Source: Promethearchaeia archaeon (GTDB taxonomy: Archaea > Asgardarchaeota > Lokiarchaeia > Sigyniarchaeales > SOKP01). Taken from it: a stretch of DNA of 64,000 nucleotides. This document shows, piece after piece, positions 48,901 through 59,397 of this stretch. The notes under the pieces were generated by a model that saw only the letters and a program-made list of their open reading frames with translations, was not told the origin of the DNA and made no database searches. The position numbers and the translations under genes are program-made. Every line of letters begins with the position of its first letter. Position 1 is the stretch's first letter. The DNA lies in NCBI GenBank assembly GCA_046483985.1, contig JAWOCD010000022.1:16-64015 (forward strand), in the 5' to 3' direction.

Positions 48901-49851
48901 GTGTTTATAATTAATAAGGAGGAAAGTAAAATAAATATCGGTCATCTTTCAACAGCATACCATACAAATTTTATTTTAATGCAAGAAAAAAAGTTAGCGG
49001 AGGATCTGAATAAAAAAATCACTTGGCATCAATTTGGTACTGGACCAGCTATGGTGCAAGCGTTTCAGAGAAATGAGTTAGATATGGGGTACATGGGATT
49101 ACCTCCCGCCATAATCGCCATTGAAAAGGGGATTCCGATTAAATGCGTTGCCGGAGGACATGTTGAGGGAACTATTATGGTGGCTCCTCAAAAATATAAA
49201 ACTTTTTCAGACTTTGGTCAAGATTTAAACAGATGTTTTTCCCAATTCGAAGGAAGCTCCATTGGCGTTCCCAGTAAAGGTTCTATTCACGACATTATCT
49301 TGAATTTTTATCTTGATAAATTCGAACTTTTTGAGAAAATTGAGGTTTTGAATTACGGACAGGCAGAATTTATAGCTTATGATATGCAACAGGGTATTTT
49401 AGGTGGTGGTGTGGGAACTCCTGCTTTAGCTGCTTTTTCTTATACTATATTAAATTCCCATATTATTATACCCCCGGATTGTTTGAGGAAGAATAACCCA
49501 AGTTATGGTATATTTTTTCATCAAGATATGATAAATAATCAACCTAAAGTTGTAAGATCATTCTTAAAACACCATAAAAGAGCATCTATTATGCTAAGAA
49601 ATTCCCCAGACGAAGCAGCAGAGTTGATAACAAAAAGTTTTCCCCTAATGAATAAAAAATATGTGAAATCTGTATTAGAAATCTCTCCAAAGTATTGCAT
49701 TGACCTACCAGAGGGATATATATCTTCTACTATGAAATTTGTGGATGATCTCTATGTTTTAAATTATATTAAGAAACCTTTGAAAGAAAATGAGATTTTT
49801 CTACTAGATTTTGTCGAAGAAGTTCATCCAGAACGCCACCACTATCTCTAA
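48901..49851 (+). CDS. NMT1/THI5-SsuA-like (type II periplasmic-binding-protein fold) protein without a signal peptide
   Basis: IGHLSTAYHTNFIL...WHQFGTGPAMVQAFQRNELDMGYMGLPPAIIAIEKGIPIKCVAG resembles NitT/TauT/THI5-like binding folds. No N-terminal hydrophobic leader is present. Confidence 0.5.
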   Translation: MFIINKEESKINIGHLSTAYHTNFILMQEKKLAEDLNKKITWHQFGTGPAMVQAFQRNELDMGYMGLPPAIIAIEKGIPIKCVAGGHVEGTIMVAPQKYKTFSDFGQDLNRCFSQFEGSSIGVPSKGSIHDIILNFYLDKFELFEKIEVLNYGQAEFIAYDMQQGILGGGVGTPALAAFSYTILNSHIIIPPDCLRKNNPSYGIFFHQDMINNQPKVVRSFLKHHKRASIMLRNSPDEAAELITKSFPLMNKKYVKSVLEISPKYCIDLPEGYISSTMKFVDDLYVLNYIKKPLKENEIFLLDFVEEVHPERHHYL

Positions 49852-50792
49852 GAATACCGAAGCATTTTCTTTAGTGGGACAAGAGCTTTTTCTGCAATGT
49901 TCGGAGGAACTTTTACTTCAAACTGTTTTTCGATGAGATGTTCCAAGATATATTCTATTAATTCAATCGTATTTTTTTTCATATTATAACAGATCATTTC
50001 ATCCTTAGCTAAATGGAACATTTTATCGGGAAAATCATAACTCATACGATCTAATAATCCTTTTTCGGTACCTATGAGAAATTCCCCAGCATCTAACGGG
50101 TCTTTTTTCACACGATTATACATCCCAGCGGTGGATCCAATAAAGTCGGCCAGATTTCTTACCTCACGTGTACATTCGGGATGTACTAATAATTCTGCAT
50201 TTGGATACTTTTTCTTAATCTTTTGAACATCTTCTGGGTTTAGTCGGGAATGGGTAATGCAATGACCATCTTCAGGCATTTTGATCAAGTCAACATCTAA
50301 GTACTCCTCTATGTAACTAGCCAAATTAGCATCTGGACCGAATAAAACAGTCTCGGTATCAAATTCTTGCATAATTTTTTTAACCATTTTCACGGAATTA
50401 GAGGATGTACAACAAATATCCGATTCAGCTTTCACTGCTGCTGTACTGTTTACATAAGTCACCACGGGGAGATCAGGATACTTTGCCTTGTAATCTCTGA
50501 CCATTTCGTCAGTGAGAAAAGCAGCCATCGGACAACAAGCTTCAGAGTTTGGGAGTAAGATGTGTTTATTTGGGTTTAATATAGATGCAGTTTCTGCCAT
50601 AAAATCAACTCCTGCAAATATAATATATTTTGTGTTTGCTTTCTCTTTTGCAGTTCTAGATAATCCAAGAGAATCCCCTAAATAATCTGCAATCTCTTGA
50701 ATTTCAAGTCTTTGATAATAATGCGATAAGATGGTAACGTCTTTTTTCTTTTTTAGCGTTTGAATCTTATTTTTTAAATTATTTTGATTCAT
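49848..50792 (-). CDS. nadA: Quinolinate synthase NadA
   Basis: ILSHYYQRLEIQEIADYLGDSLGLSR and FAGVDFMAETASILNP are present, with conserved Cys in ACCPMA and DICCTSSN. The length is 314 aa. Confidence 0.85.
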   Translation of the reverse strand: MNQNNLKNKIQTLKKKKDVTILSHYYQRLEIQEIADYLGDSLGLSRTAKEKANTKYIIFAGVDFMAETASILNPNKHILLPNSEACCPMAAFLTDEMVRDYKAKYPDLPVVTYVNSTAAVKAESDICCTSSNSVKMVKKIMQEFDTETVLFGPDANLASYIEEYLDVDLIKMPEDGHCITHSRLNPEDVQKIKKKYPNAELLVHPECTREVRNLADFIGSTAGMYNRVKKDPLDAGEFLIGTEKGLLDRMSYDFPDKMFHLAKDEMICYNMKKNTIELIEYILEHLIEKQFEVKVPPNIAEKALVPLKKMLRYS

Positions 50793-50943
50793 ATTTAAAT
50801 TCGGTGCCCATAATTATCGTTTTGGTTCATAATAGCAATTCATCAAAATAAAGATTAGTGCAATTTTTACATCCTTTTGTAATCATCTTAGTACAAGGAA
50901 AAATAACTAATAAAAAAGAATGAATTAATGTTTTAGGTTTTGC

Positions 50944-51522
50944 CTAAAAAGAATGCCACGAAATTCCTCCTTGTTTTAGAATCTGCAGTATTATAAACCC
51001 TATAATAGCTCCGGGTATAGAACTTGCGGCAAATAAACCCCAGTAAAAAAGTAAACCGTTAATCCCTCCCAAGGGAACAATTAAATTAGCAATCGTTCCT
51101 CCAATGAATATTGTTCCAATGGGTTCAGTAAGAGCGGCGAAGGAGACATTTTCTGGAAATTTCTTACGCAAAAGGTAAGCAGTGAGACTGACCACGATAG
51201 CGCCCGAGATACCTCCATGAAATGCATGAATAGTTCCGATACCTAATGAAAATCTTACAGATGCGATTCCCGATGCGGTTATAACCGAAAAAATAAGACC
51301 AATCCATACTCCCATCATTGCATTAATTATATGCGCAAAAGGATTTATTTTGGTTCCGAATATAAAAAAATATGCGAATGGATTTAGATAACTCATAATG
51401 AGTCCTACAGCAATAAAAATCCCCGTGACGGCGACTTTTTTAGTCATAGATTTTTTCCCTTCAAGACTTTTTTCGTGAGATTTTTCGTTTTCCTTACTTT
51501 TTTCATTCATATTATTTTTCAT
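50944..51522 (-). CDS. Small polytopic membrane protein resembling the ECF-type S component ThiW, tentative
   Basis: It has five to six TM helices. The INPFAHIINAMMGVWIGL and GTIHAFHGGISGA blocks resemble ThiW as I recall it. The N-terminal 25 aa are K/E-rich, so the real start may be the internal Met (MTKKVAV). Confidence 0.45.
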   Translation of the reverse strand: MKNNMNEKSKENEKSHEKSLEGKKSMTKKVAVTGIFIAVGLIMSYLNPFAYFFIFGTKINPFAHIINAMMGVWIGLIFSVITASGIASVRFSLGIGTIHAFHGGISGAIVVSLTAYLLRKKFPENVSFAALTEPIGTIFIGGTIANLIVPLGGINGLLFYWGLFAASSIPGAIIGFIILQILKQGGISWHSF

Positions 51523-51651
51523 TTTCTCTGTAAATATTTAGGAATCAAAAAATAGAATCGCTTTTAAAAAATGATGCAATTTTTACTCAATTCTTTAAAT
51601 CTAAAAATATACTAATATTAAATTGATAAAACTACCTGTAAAGTTAAAACT

Positions 51652-52398
51652 ATGAAAATTTATTTTTTGGGAACTAACGGTTGGTATTCCTCCGCCCTTG
51701 GAAATACTACTTGTTCCCTAATTGACTCTAACTCACATTACATTATTCTTGACGCTGGAGATGGTTTGCACAAGCTAGACAGATATATCATAGAAAAATC
51801 TAAACCAATAATTTTATTCCTGACCCATACACATTTGGATCATATCAGTGGTCTTCATACACTAAGTAAATTTCGGTTTGAGCAAGGAATTACGATCTTT
51901 TGTGATAAGGGAACTCAAAACGTTCTTGATACTATTATACGACATCCATATACGAGCCCATTTTCTCATATCCCCATGGATATTGATTATTTCGAATTTG
52001 AAGAAGGTCACCATTCTAAACAAATAGATTTTACAGCGAAATATCTTCTTCATTCAGATAAATGCATGGGATACAGAATTAACATTGAAAACAAAATAAT
52101 TGCCTATTGTACAGACACGGGGGTTTGTGATAATTTATATTCCTTAGCAAAGAATGCGGATCTCCTCATTAGTGAATGTTCTTATAAGCCCGGTCAAGAA
52201 AAATGGGGTTGGCCCCATTTAAAACCCGAAGAAATTGCTACGGTTGCAAAAAAATCGAATGTGAAACAACTTTATCTGACCCATTTTGACGCGAGCATCT
52301 TCGAAACAAAAAACGACCGTAGAAGGGCAAGAAACAAAGCAAGAACCATCTTCCAATCCACATACATCGCATATGACGACTCTGAAGTATTTGTTTAA
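51652..52398 (+). CDS. Metallo-beta-lactamase-fold hydrolase (RNase Z/BN-like)
   Basis: LTHTHLDHISG (HxHxDH), DTG and LTHFD motifs are present in 248 aa. Confidence 0.75.
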   Translation: MKIYFLGTNGWYSSALGNTTCSLIDSNSHYIILDAGDGLHKLDRYIIEKSKPIILFLTHTHLDHISGLHTLSKFRFEQGITIFCDKGTQNVLDTIIRHPYTSPFSHIPMDIDYFEFEEGHHSKQIDFTAKYLLHSDKCMGYRINIENKIIAYCTDTGVCDNLYSLAKNADLLISECSYKPGQEKWGWPHLKPEEIATVAKKSNVKQLYLTHFDASIFETKNDRRRARNKARTIFQSTYIAYDDSEVFV

Positions 52399-52515
52399 AA
52401 ATTTAATAATTATGCGAGATTTCCTCTCCTTATTTATTTTCCTAACCGATTGGTGCAAATATTACAAGAATTAATTTAAGTCCTTATTTTCTTTTAGAAA
52501 ATAAAATAGATATCT

Positions 52516-53631
52516 ATGAATGAAATAGAAATTCTCCGGAAAAAGACCGAACTGTTGGTAAAAGGTGTAAATGTTTCTCACGATCTTTTAAAACATTTAG
52601 ATTTTGTGAGAAAAGGAGGAGCTGGCCCGTTAAACGGCAAATATTTTCTCCTTGATGCAGATAAAACTCTAGCAAATGTACCCTTATGGAATGAAAAATC
52701 ATCCCATTCTGATCTATATTTAAAATATTCCGGGGGATCAATGTTCGAAGTTTTTGATGAAAAAAATAAACTTTTTGACAGAATTGAGCTAATAGAATCC
52801 CCAGCCTTTTATGAATTGGAGACATCTGACGGAATTCCAATGAAGAAGATTGCGCTAATGCATGGGATTGATTGCTTAGCAAGTACAATTTATCAAAAAT
52901 GTAAACATTGGTCTTGTGGAAAAGCGTGCAAATTTTGTGGGATTGAATTGAGTTTACAGAACGATAAAACCATACTTGAGAAAAACGGTCGTCAGCTTTC
53001 CGAGGTTATTAGTGCGGCAAAAATGGAAGAGAGGTGTACTCATCTTACGTTAACTAGTGGAACCGTCCAATCAAAAGGTAAGGGGGCAGAAAAGTATATC
53101 AGAATCTTAGAAAATCTCAACGAAAAGTTTCCGAACTTGCCTATTCACGTACAAATTGAACCAGTAAATGATTTTCATTATCTTAGTTCGTTAAAGGAAG
53201 CGGGAGCCGATACAATTGGAATCCACATAGAGTTACTAAATAAAAAATTAAGAAAACAAATTACTCCAGGTAAAAGCAATATATCATGGGAAACATTCAA
53301 AAAAAATTGGAAGTTTGCGCTCAACACATTTGGACCGAACCAAGTCGAATCATATGTTTTGTACGGGTTCAGAAAGGATCCCGCTAAATTTATCCAAGAT
53401 GTTGAGAGAATTATTTCGCTGGGAGTCATTCCCTATATTACTCCAGTCAGAAAAACGGGAAATAATGATCTTCCCCTCTATCCCATTACTATAAATGATA
53501 TGGTCTTCGTCTATAGAATGGTGGCTATAATGATGAAAAATTATGGTGTCAATCCCTTGGCTCATAAGGCAGGTTGTGTCCGATGTGGTGGATGTTCTAC
53601 CATTAATGAAGCTTACAAGTTAATAGTATAG
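52516..53631 (+). CDS. Radical SAM protein with a ~125-aa N-terminal domain (RKGGAGP motif) and a C-terminal CxxCxxC
   Basis: CGKACKFCG is the CxxxCxxC cluster motif. It also has LTLTSGT, IHVQIEP and a C-terminal GCVRCGGCS. Confidence 0.7.
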   Translation: MNEIEILRKKTELLVKGVNVSHDLLKHLDFVRKGGAGPLNGKYFLLDADKTLANVPLWNEKSSHSDLYLKYSGGSMFEVFDEKNKLFDRIELIESPAFYELETSDGIPMKKIALMHGIDCLASTIYQKCKHWSCGKACKFCGIELSLQNDKTILEKNGRQLSEVISAAKMEERCTHLTLTSGTVQSKGKGAEKYIRILENLNEKFPNLPIHVQIEPVNDFHYLSSLKEAGADTIGIHIELLNKKLRKQITPGKSNISWETFKKNWKFALNTFGPNQVESYVLYGFRKDPAKFIQDVERIISLGVIPYITPVRKTGNNDLPLYPITINDMVFVYRMVAIMMKNYGVNPLAHKAGCVRCGGCSTINEAYKLIV

Positions 53632-53666
53632 TAAATCGATCATTAGTTATATAATAAAAAAATAAC

Positions 53667-54665
53667 ATGAGAATAAAAAAAATAAGAATCTCGACTGGTT
53701 CAGCCTCACTATTGGGTTTAAATTTTATTAAATTTAAATTCCCAACTACAACTTGTTATTTAATGACCCACATAGAAGGGAGCTGTAGGGCCAATTGTGG
53801 ATTTTGTCCCCAAGCAAGAACCACAAAAAATAAGGGAGATGAACTTTCAAGGATTAAATGGCCCTCCTACGATTTCAAGCTCTTTTTAGATAAACTAAAA
53901 CAAACATCTGCTCAGAATCTTTTCGGGAGGATTTGTCTACAGACATTAAATTATCCAGAAAATTTCGAAGATGCAAGAGAAATTGTTTCGGAGATTTCTA
54001 ATCTCTCAAATCTTCCTATATCGGTTGCTATACCTCCAATGCCGAAAAAGCAGTTAAGGGATCTGAAAAACGCGGGAGTACAAAAAATAGCGATAGCTCT
54101 TGATGCGATAACTCCTGAAATTTTCAACCGCGTAAAAGGAAAAGGCGTTAATGGTCCGTACGACTGGAATTCACACTTTAAGTGCCTTGAAAAAGCTATT
54201 GAGATTTTTTCCGAGGGTTTTGTAAGCACCCACTTGATCATGGGATTGGGAGAGTCTCATAAGGAATTTCTTACGATTGTTGAGAAGTTACATAATTTAC
54301 ATGTAACTGTCTCATTATTTCCATTTAATCCTGTACCGCACACTAAACTGGAACATAAACAGAGACCAAAAATTACAGAATATCGGAAAATGCAACTTGC
54401 CCACTTTTTGATTGTTAATAACAAAAAAAAAATTGAGGAATTTAGCTTTAATGACGATGGGAAACTAATAGATCTTAATATCTCCCGAAACCAATTACGT
54501 AGATTTGTCTTTCATGGAGATGCTTTTAGGACTTCGGGATGTTCACATTGCAATCGTCCGTATTACACGTCAAGACCATCGGGCCCAATATATAACTATC
54601 CAGCTCGTATGGAGAAAAGTGAAAAAGAGAAGATATTCGCTCTATTAATTAATTACATCAAATAA
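53667..54665 (+). CDS. Radical SAM protein, biotin-synthase-related type
   Basis: It has SCRANCGFCPQ (CxxxCxxC) and a TIM-barrel-like periodicity. Extra Cys residues are present (RICLQT, GCSHCNRPYY). Confidence 0.7.
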   Translation: MRIKKIRISTGSASLLGLNFIKFKFPTTTCYLMTHIEGSCRANCGFCPQARTTKNKGDELSRIKWPSYDFKLFLDKLKQTSAQNLFGRICLQTLNYPENFEDAREIVSEISNLSNLPISVAIPPMPKKQLRDLKNAGVQKIAIALDAITPEIFNRVKGKGVNGPYDWNSHFKCLEKAIEIFSEGFVSTHLIMGLGESHKEFLTIVEKLHNLHVTVSLFPFNPVPHTKLEHKQRPKITEYRKMQLAHFLIVNNKKKIEEFSFNDDGKLIDLNISRNQLRRFVFHGDAFRTSGCSHCNRPYYTSRPSGPIYNYPARMEKSEKEKIFALLINYIK

Positions 54666-54678
54666 TCAAAAGAGAATT

Positions 54679-55704
54679 ATGACCGATAACAGTTTACTGA
54701 GAAAATTCAAGACGGATAATCTTTCGTGGGTCGATTTTAAAAAATTTTTCAATCTTCAATCTGAGAACTTAGATCCTTACCTGAACCTTGCTCGAAAATT
54801 GACTATAAAAAGATTTGGGCACTTATTAAAGATTTATATTCCAGGGGAAAAATTTCCGGCAATAAGTATTACTGGGAATGAGTGTTCTCTGAGTTGCGAG
54901 CATTGTAATGAAAGATATTTGGAGAATATGCATCCTGTATTGAATTCTAAAGATTTAGAGGATTATTTGTTTAGTCTATCCGAAAATGGGGGTGTGGGAG
55001 CTTTAATTTCGGGAGGTTGTGATCCGGATGGAGCAGTACCCTTAGATATATTTTTTAACGCAATTAAAAAGGTAAAAAGGGAAACAGATTTGATCATAAA
55101 TGTTCATACGGGGTTGTTAAATGAATATACGGCATTAAAATTGGCAGAATCCCGAGTAGATGTTATCTCGTTTGATGTAAATATGGATCCAGCAATTATC
55201 AATAATATTTACCATTTAAATAAGGATATTTCTGATTATAAGTGTGCTATGAAGATACTAAAGAAATACAAGCTGAATGTTGTCCCTCATATTTGTATAG
55301 GATTATATTACGGGGAACTCCATAAAGAATTAGAAGCATTAAAATTTATAAAAGAATCTGGAATAAATCCTTCTTTGATTGTATTAATTGCTTTAATCCC
55401 TCCCACTAAATCGATTGATAAATTTGATACACCAGACCCTAAGGATATAGCAAAAGTAATAGCTTTAACAAGATTTATATTCCCTAATACTGAAATATCT
55501 TTGGGTTGTATGCGTCCAAGAAAAAAGATGAAGGTCTCATTAGAAAAGTATGCTATTAAAGCTGGAATCACAAGAATTGAAATACCCTCGAAGAAAACTT
55601 TGAAATGGCTTAAGACAAAAGATCCAAGCATTCAATACAATTTTTATTCGGCGTGTTGTGCAATTCCGAAGATGTATGAAGACTTTACAAGAACGAGGAT
55701 TTGA
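54679..55704 (+). CDS. Radical SAM protein, biotin-synthase-homologue type
   Basis: It has ISITGNECSLSCEHCNE (CxxxCxxC) and ISGGCDPDG. Extra Cys residues are present (HICIG, LGCMRP, SACCAIP). Confidence 0.7.
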   Translation: MTDNSLLRKFKTDNLSWVDFKKFFNLQSENLDPYLNLARKLTIKRFGHLLKIYIPGEKFPAISITGNECSLSCEHCNERYLENMHPVLNSKDLEDYLFSLSENGGVGALISGGCDPDGAVPLDIFFNAIKKVKRETDLIINVHTGLLNEYTALKLAESRVDVISFDVNMDPAIINNIYHLNKDISDYKCAMKILKKYKLNVVPHICIGLYYGELHKELEALKFIKESGINPSLIVLIALIPPTKSIDKFDTPDPKDIAKVIALTRFIFPNTEISLGCMRPRKKMKVSLEKYAIKAGITRIEIPSKKTLKWLKTKDPSIQYNFYSACCAIPKMYEDFTRTRI

Positions 55705-55882
55705 ACAATTGTGAGTGGAATCATCTTATCATCTATCTATTTTGATTGAGGGCGAAATTCAAAAACATAATAGAAAAAAAGGGCAGTTCTCAATAAAACT
55801 TATTGAAAAATTATTTTTCATAAGTGTTACCTTTTAATCTTTATTTGAATATTACCGATATTGTCAAACAAATAATTATGAG

Positions 55883-56413
55883 GTGAAAAAAAAAATTCCT
55901 CCACATTGTGACACTATGGATGGTCCCGTAGTAGAAGCTGCCAAATCGGCATTAAAATCAAAGGATGCTAACCTAATCTTGCCTTGGGTTCCAAAAGAAG
56001 CAGAAGAAGAGTTAACAGAAGCATTTAATAAGACCTTAAAAGTGAGAAAAAAAGGAGAAGATGAAAAAGAACTAGCAGATCGATGGTTCTTTGAGACTGC
56101 TGTTCGTTTGCATAGGAAAGGAGAAGGTAAAGGGTTTACTGGTTTAAAACCTGCCGGATTAGATTGGGGTCCTGTGGTCCCTAAGGCTGAGGATGCGATC
56201 GAAAGTGAAAATCCAAAAGAGGTTATTGACTTTATTTTGAAAACAGCCGAAGATGAATTAAATAAGCGTTTTCAGAAGGCAATGTCAAAGAAAGACTATG
56301 ATGAAGACGATGTTGAGAGTGCTCGAGAGTATGTCCATTCCATGCTAGGTTTCGTGTTGTTTTCACATCATCTATATAAATTTATCATAAGTGATGAACA
56401 TCACGGAGATTAA
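55883..56413 (+). CDS. Uncharacterised soluble protein with an N-terminal HCDTMDGPVV motif
   Basis: It has a GTG start, 176 aa, and a helical, charged sequence. I believe it belongs to a DUF family defined by an HCDTxDGP N-terminus, but I cannot verify this. Confidence 0.4.
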   Translation: MKKKIPPHCDTMDGPVVEAAKSALKSKDANLILPWVPKEAEEELTEAFNKTLKVRKKGEDEKELADRWFFETAVRLHRKGEGKGFTGLKPAGLDWGPVVPKAEDAIESENPKEVIDFILKTAEDELNKRFQKAMSKKDYDEDDVESAREYVHSMLGFVLFSHHLYKFIISDEHHGD

Positions 56414-56443
56414 GTCTAAGACAATATTCAGTTATTCTAGATT

Positions 56444-56481
56444 AATAAAATTAAAAAAAATGAATAAAATTAAAAAAAATG
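56444..56481. repeat. Perfect 19-bp tandem duplication (aataaaattaaaaaaaatg x2) in a convergent intergenic spacer
   Basis: Seen directly. Confidence 0.9.
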
Positions 56482-56505
56482 ATTTATTTTTTTGGCAGAG
56501 TTTGC

Positions 56506-59304
56506 TTACTCTACAATTTTCATAGGTTTTCCGTGATGTTCTGGAATTGGTTCGGATCCACACTCAGCACCCATCCAACATACTAAGTTATCATCTTCTT
56601 TAACCATGGGTTTACCACAATGAGTAGGTAGTTCTTGTTCATAATCACATTCCGAGCATTTTAATTTTCCCATTTCTTGACTCACCTCCCTTTCTTTTAT
56701 TTTACTTTGTTCATTTTCTTGTTGATGTGTAATCAATTGTTCTTCATGATCTGATATCTCCGATTTCCTTAGAGCATCACTTGAAAAGGATTTGGATAGA
56801 TATTGAGAATCTGGTTGAATGTTTTTTCTCCGTAACAAATTGGAGTTGGTAACGACAGTTACCGAACTTGAAGCCATTGCAATCTGTCCTACTACCGGGT
56901 GAGCAAACCCAATTATAGCGAGAGGTAACGCAATAGTGTTATAAATAAATGCCCAAAAGAGATTTTGTCTAATTTTTTTGAATGTTTCCCTTGACAATTT
57001 TAACGATGAAACTACTCCAGATAACTTTCCGCTGACTAATGTAATATCTCCTGCTTCTATAGCAATATCGGTACCAGTTCCGATGGAAATTCCAACATTT
57101 GCCGCCGTTAATGCAGGAGCATCGTTGATTCCATCTCCTACCATTGCAACCATTTTACCTTCTTTTTGTAAGTCTTGTATTTCTTCGACTTTTTCATTGG
57201 GTAGAACTTCAGCAATAACTCTTGAAATACCTGCCTTTCTAGCAATTGCTTTTGCAGTACGCTCGTTATCTCCCGTAAGCATAATTGTTTCAATCCCCAT
57301 ACTTTTTAACTCGGCTATAGCGGCAACGGAATCATCTTTAATTGCATCGGCAATTGCTAAAATACCCGCTAATTTACTATCTAGAGCCACTAAAATGACA
57401 GTCTTCGCTTCTTCTTCACGTTTTTGTATTAAATTATTAACCAAGTTATAATCTATATTATATTGATCCATTAATTTTTTACTTCCAACCAATATTGTTG
57501 ATTTTGACTTCGATTTTCTTGTACCCTTGACACCTTTCCCTGTGATGGATTCAAAATCCGAAATATCATAGAATTCAATATCTTTTTCCTTTGCCTTTCT
57601 TAAGACCGCATCCGCTAATGGATGTTCGGAGCCCGCTTCAATACTTGCTGCTAGTTTGAGTACCTCTTCTTTTGAAAAATTATTTGTAGAATGAATATCA
57701 ATGACTTCTGGGGTTCCTTTGGTGATTGTTCCCGTTTTATCAAAGACTATGGTTTCTAATTTCTCAAAGGTTTGAATTGCCTCTCCATGTCGTATTAAAA
57801 TTCCATTATTCGCCCCCATCCCGCTACCGACCATTAATGCCGTTGGGGTAGCAAGACCTAAAGCACAAGGACACGCTATAACGAGGGTAGCGATAAATGC
57901 AGATAAAGCTAAGGTTATTAATCCCAGATCAATATCTATCCAAGGTATTACATCTTGGAAGGGAGCTATTATACCAATCATAAAATCCGGAATAAACATC
58001 CATAGGATGAGAGCCATAATTGCTAGGAATAAGACCACGGGAACAAAATAGCCCGTAATCTTATCGGCATAATTTTGAATCGGCACCTTAGATCCTTGAG
58101 CCTCTTCGACTAAGCGAATGACTTGGGATAGAAAGGTTTCATCTCCTACTTTTGTGGCTTTAACCTTAAGAAGTCCACGCTGGTTTATCGTTGCACCTAT
58201 GACCTCATCTCCTTCTGTTTTTTTAACGGGAGTTGACTCGCCTGTTGCCATTGACTCGTCGACGGAGCTTTTTCCCTCAATGATAAGTCCATCTGTAGGT
58301 ATTTTTTCTCCGGGCCGGATTACCATTATATCTCCTTTCTTTAATTCATCAACCGGAATTTCTTGTTCTTTTCCGTTTCTGATGATTTTTGCTGTTTTGG
58401 CACCTAATTCTAATAATTTACGAATTGCCTGGGATGCCCTTCCTTTTGCTTTATTTTCAATGTATCTTCCCATAAGATGGAAGGCCATTATCATAGCTCC
58501 CACACCCGTATAATTCATTACAGGGATTATAAATGAGAGGGGGCCAGAAAGAAAGGCGGAGAGAGTACCTAATGCTATTAGTGTATCCATATTAGCGTTT
58601 TTATTTCGGGCTGCGTTAAAAGCCGAAGAAAGAGTCTTATTGCCCGCCCAAAATATGGGAAAAATACTCAATATTATCATTCCCACACTAAAAACTAATT
58701 CATTTGGCCATGTGATACCCAAGAACATCTCAAGAAACATCCATATGGTAACGGGAATCGTAAAGATCCAGACGATAATCAATCGTTTCCTCGCTTCCTC
58801 AAATTTTTTCTGTTCTTCTGTAATTTCTTTCTCATACCCTCCTCTAGCCGATTTCATATCAAACTTTTCTACTGCTCTGTAGCCCGTACTATTGATCGTA
58901 TTCTCAATATCAGAGTAATTAAGTACTTCGGGATCATAAAGAATTGTAGCTTTTTCAGTTGCTAAGTTCACATTTACCTCGGCAATACCTTCGGTTTTTG
59001 AGAGTGCTTTTTCAACTGTTTGAACACAGGAAGCACAATTCATACCGGCTATTTTCACGACTATCTTTTCCACTTGAGGACTAGCTTTATAACCCGTTTT
59101 TTCTATTGTGTCAATTATGTTCCTCTTTTTTAACTTATTTGGGTTATATTCGAAATAAGCTTTATTCGTGGCAAGATTGACATTAACATCCTTGATACCG
59201 TCTGCTTTATCTAATTCTCTTGTAATTGTTTGAGCACATGAAGCACAATGCATTCCGTGAATATCCAATGAAGATTTTTTAAATTCTTCTGTTGTTTTTT
59301 TCAT
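56506..59304 (-). CDS. copA: Copper-translocating P1B-type ATPase (CopA) with two N-terminal HMA domains and an extra C-terminal Cys/His domain
   Basis: It has GMHCASCA and GMNCASCV (HMA), [21 protein letters not shown] and GDGINDAP. The C-terminal 54 aa carry KCSECD...THCGKPM...CWMGAEC...EHHGKPM. Confidence 0.95.
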   Translation of the reverse strand: MKKTTEEFKKSSLDIHGMHCASCAQTITRELDKADGIKDVNVNLATNKAYFEYNPNKLKKRNIIDTIEKTGYKASPQVEKIVVKIAGMNCASCVQTVEKALSKTEGIAEVNVNLATEKATILYDPEVLNYSDIENTINSTGYRAVEKFDMKSARGGYEKEITEEQKKFEEARKRLIIVWIFTIPVTIWMFLEMFLGITWPNELVFSVGMIILSIFPIFWAGNKTLSSAFNAARNKNANMDTLIALGTLSAFLSGPLSFIIPVMNYTGVGAMIMAFHLMGRYIENKAKGRASQAIRKLLELGAKTAKIIRNGKEQEIPVDELKKGDIMVIRPGEKIPTDGLIIEGKSSVDESMATGESTPVKKTEGDEVIGATINQRGLLKVKATKVGDETFLSQVIRLVEEAQGSKVPIQNYADKITGYFVPVVLFLAIMALILWMFIPDFMIGIIAPFQDVIPWIDIDLGLITLALSAFIATLVIACPCALGLATPTALMVGSGMGANNGILIRHGEAIQTFEKLETIVFDKTGTITKGTPEVIDIHSTNNFSKEEVLKLAASIEAGSEHPLADAVLRKAKEKDIEFYDISDFESITGKGVKGTRKSKSKSTILVGSKKLMDQYNIDYNLVNNLIQKREEEAKTVILVALDSKLAGILAIADAIKDDSVAAIAELKSMGIETIMLTGDNERTAKAIARKAGISRVIAEVLPNEKVEEIQDLQKEGKMVAMVGDGINDAPALTAANVGISIGTGTDIAIEAGDITLVSGKLSGVVSSLKLSRETFKKIRQNLFWAFIYNTIALPLAIIGFAHPVVGQIAMASSSVTVVTNSNLLRRKNIQPDSQYLSKSFSSDALRKSEISDHEEQLITHQQENEQSKIKEREVSQEMGKLKCSECDYEQELPTHCGKPMVKEDDNLVCWMGAECGSEPIPEHHGKPMKIVE

Positions 59305-59397
59305 TAAAAGGCACCATTTATTTTTTTAGATTTTTATATATAATACTCCTGAGTATATGTCTCATAATATTATTGAAATTAAATATTCTAATGGATT

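Noticed and set aside
51523-51651. A search for a TPP riboswitch upstream of the ThiW-like gene (minus strand).
   Set aside because: Neither strand has a CUGAGA / ACCUGAUCUGGAUAAUGCCAGCG-like core. The spacer is almost pure A/T.
56978-58882. Plus-strand ORFs (56978-57451, 58118-58513, 58640-58882) within copA.
   Set aside because: They are antisense shadows of a 932-aa P-type ATPase that has all its signature motifs.
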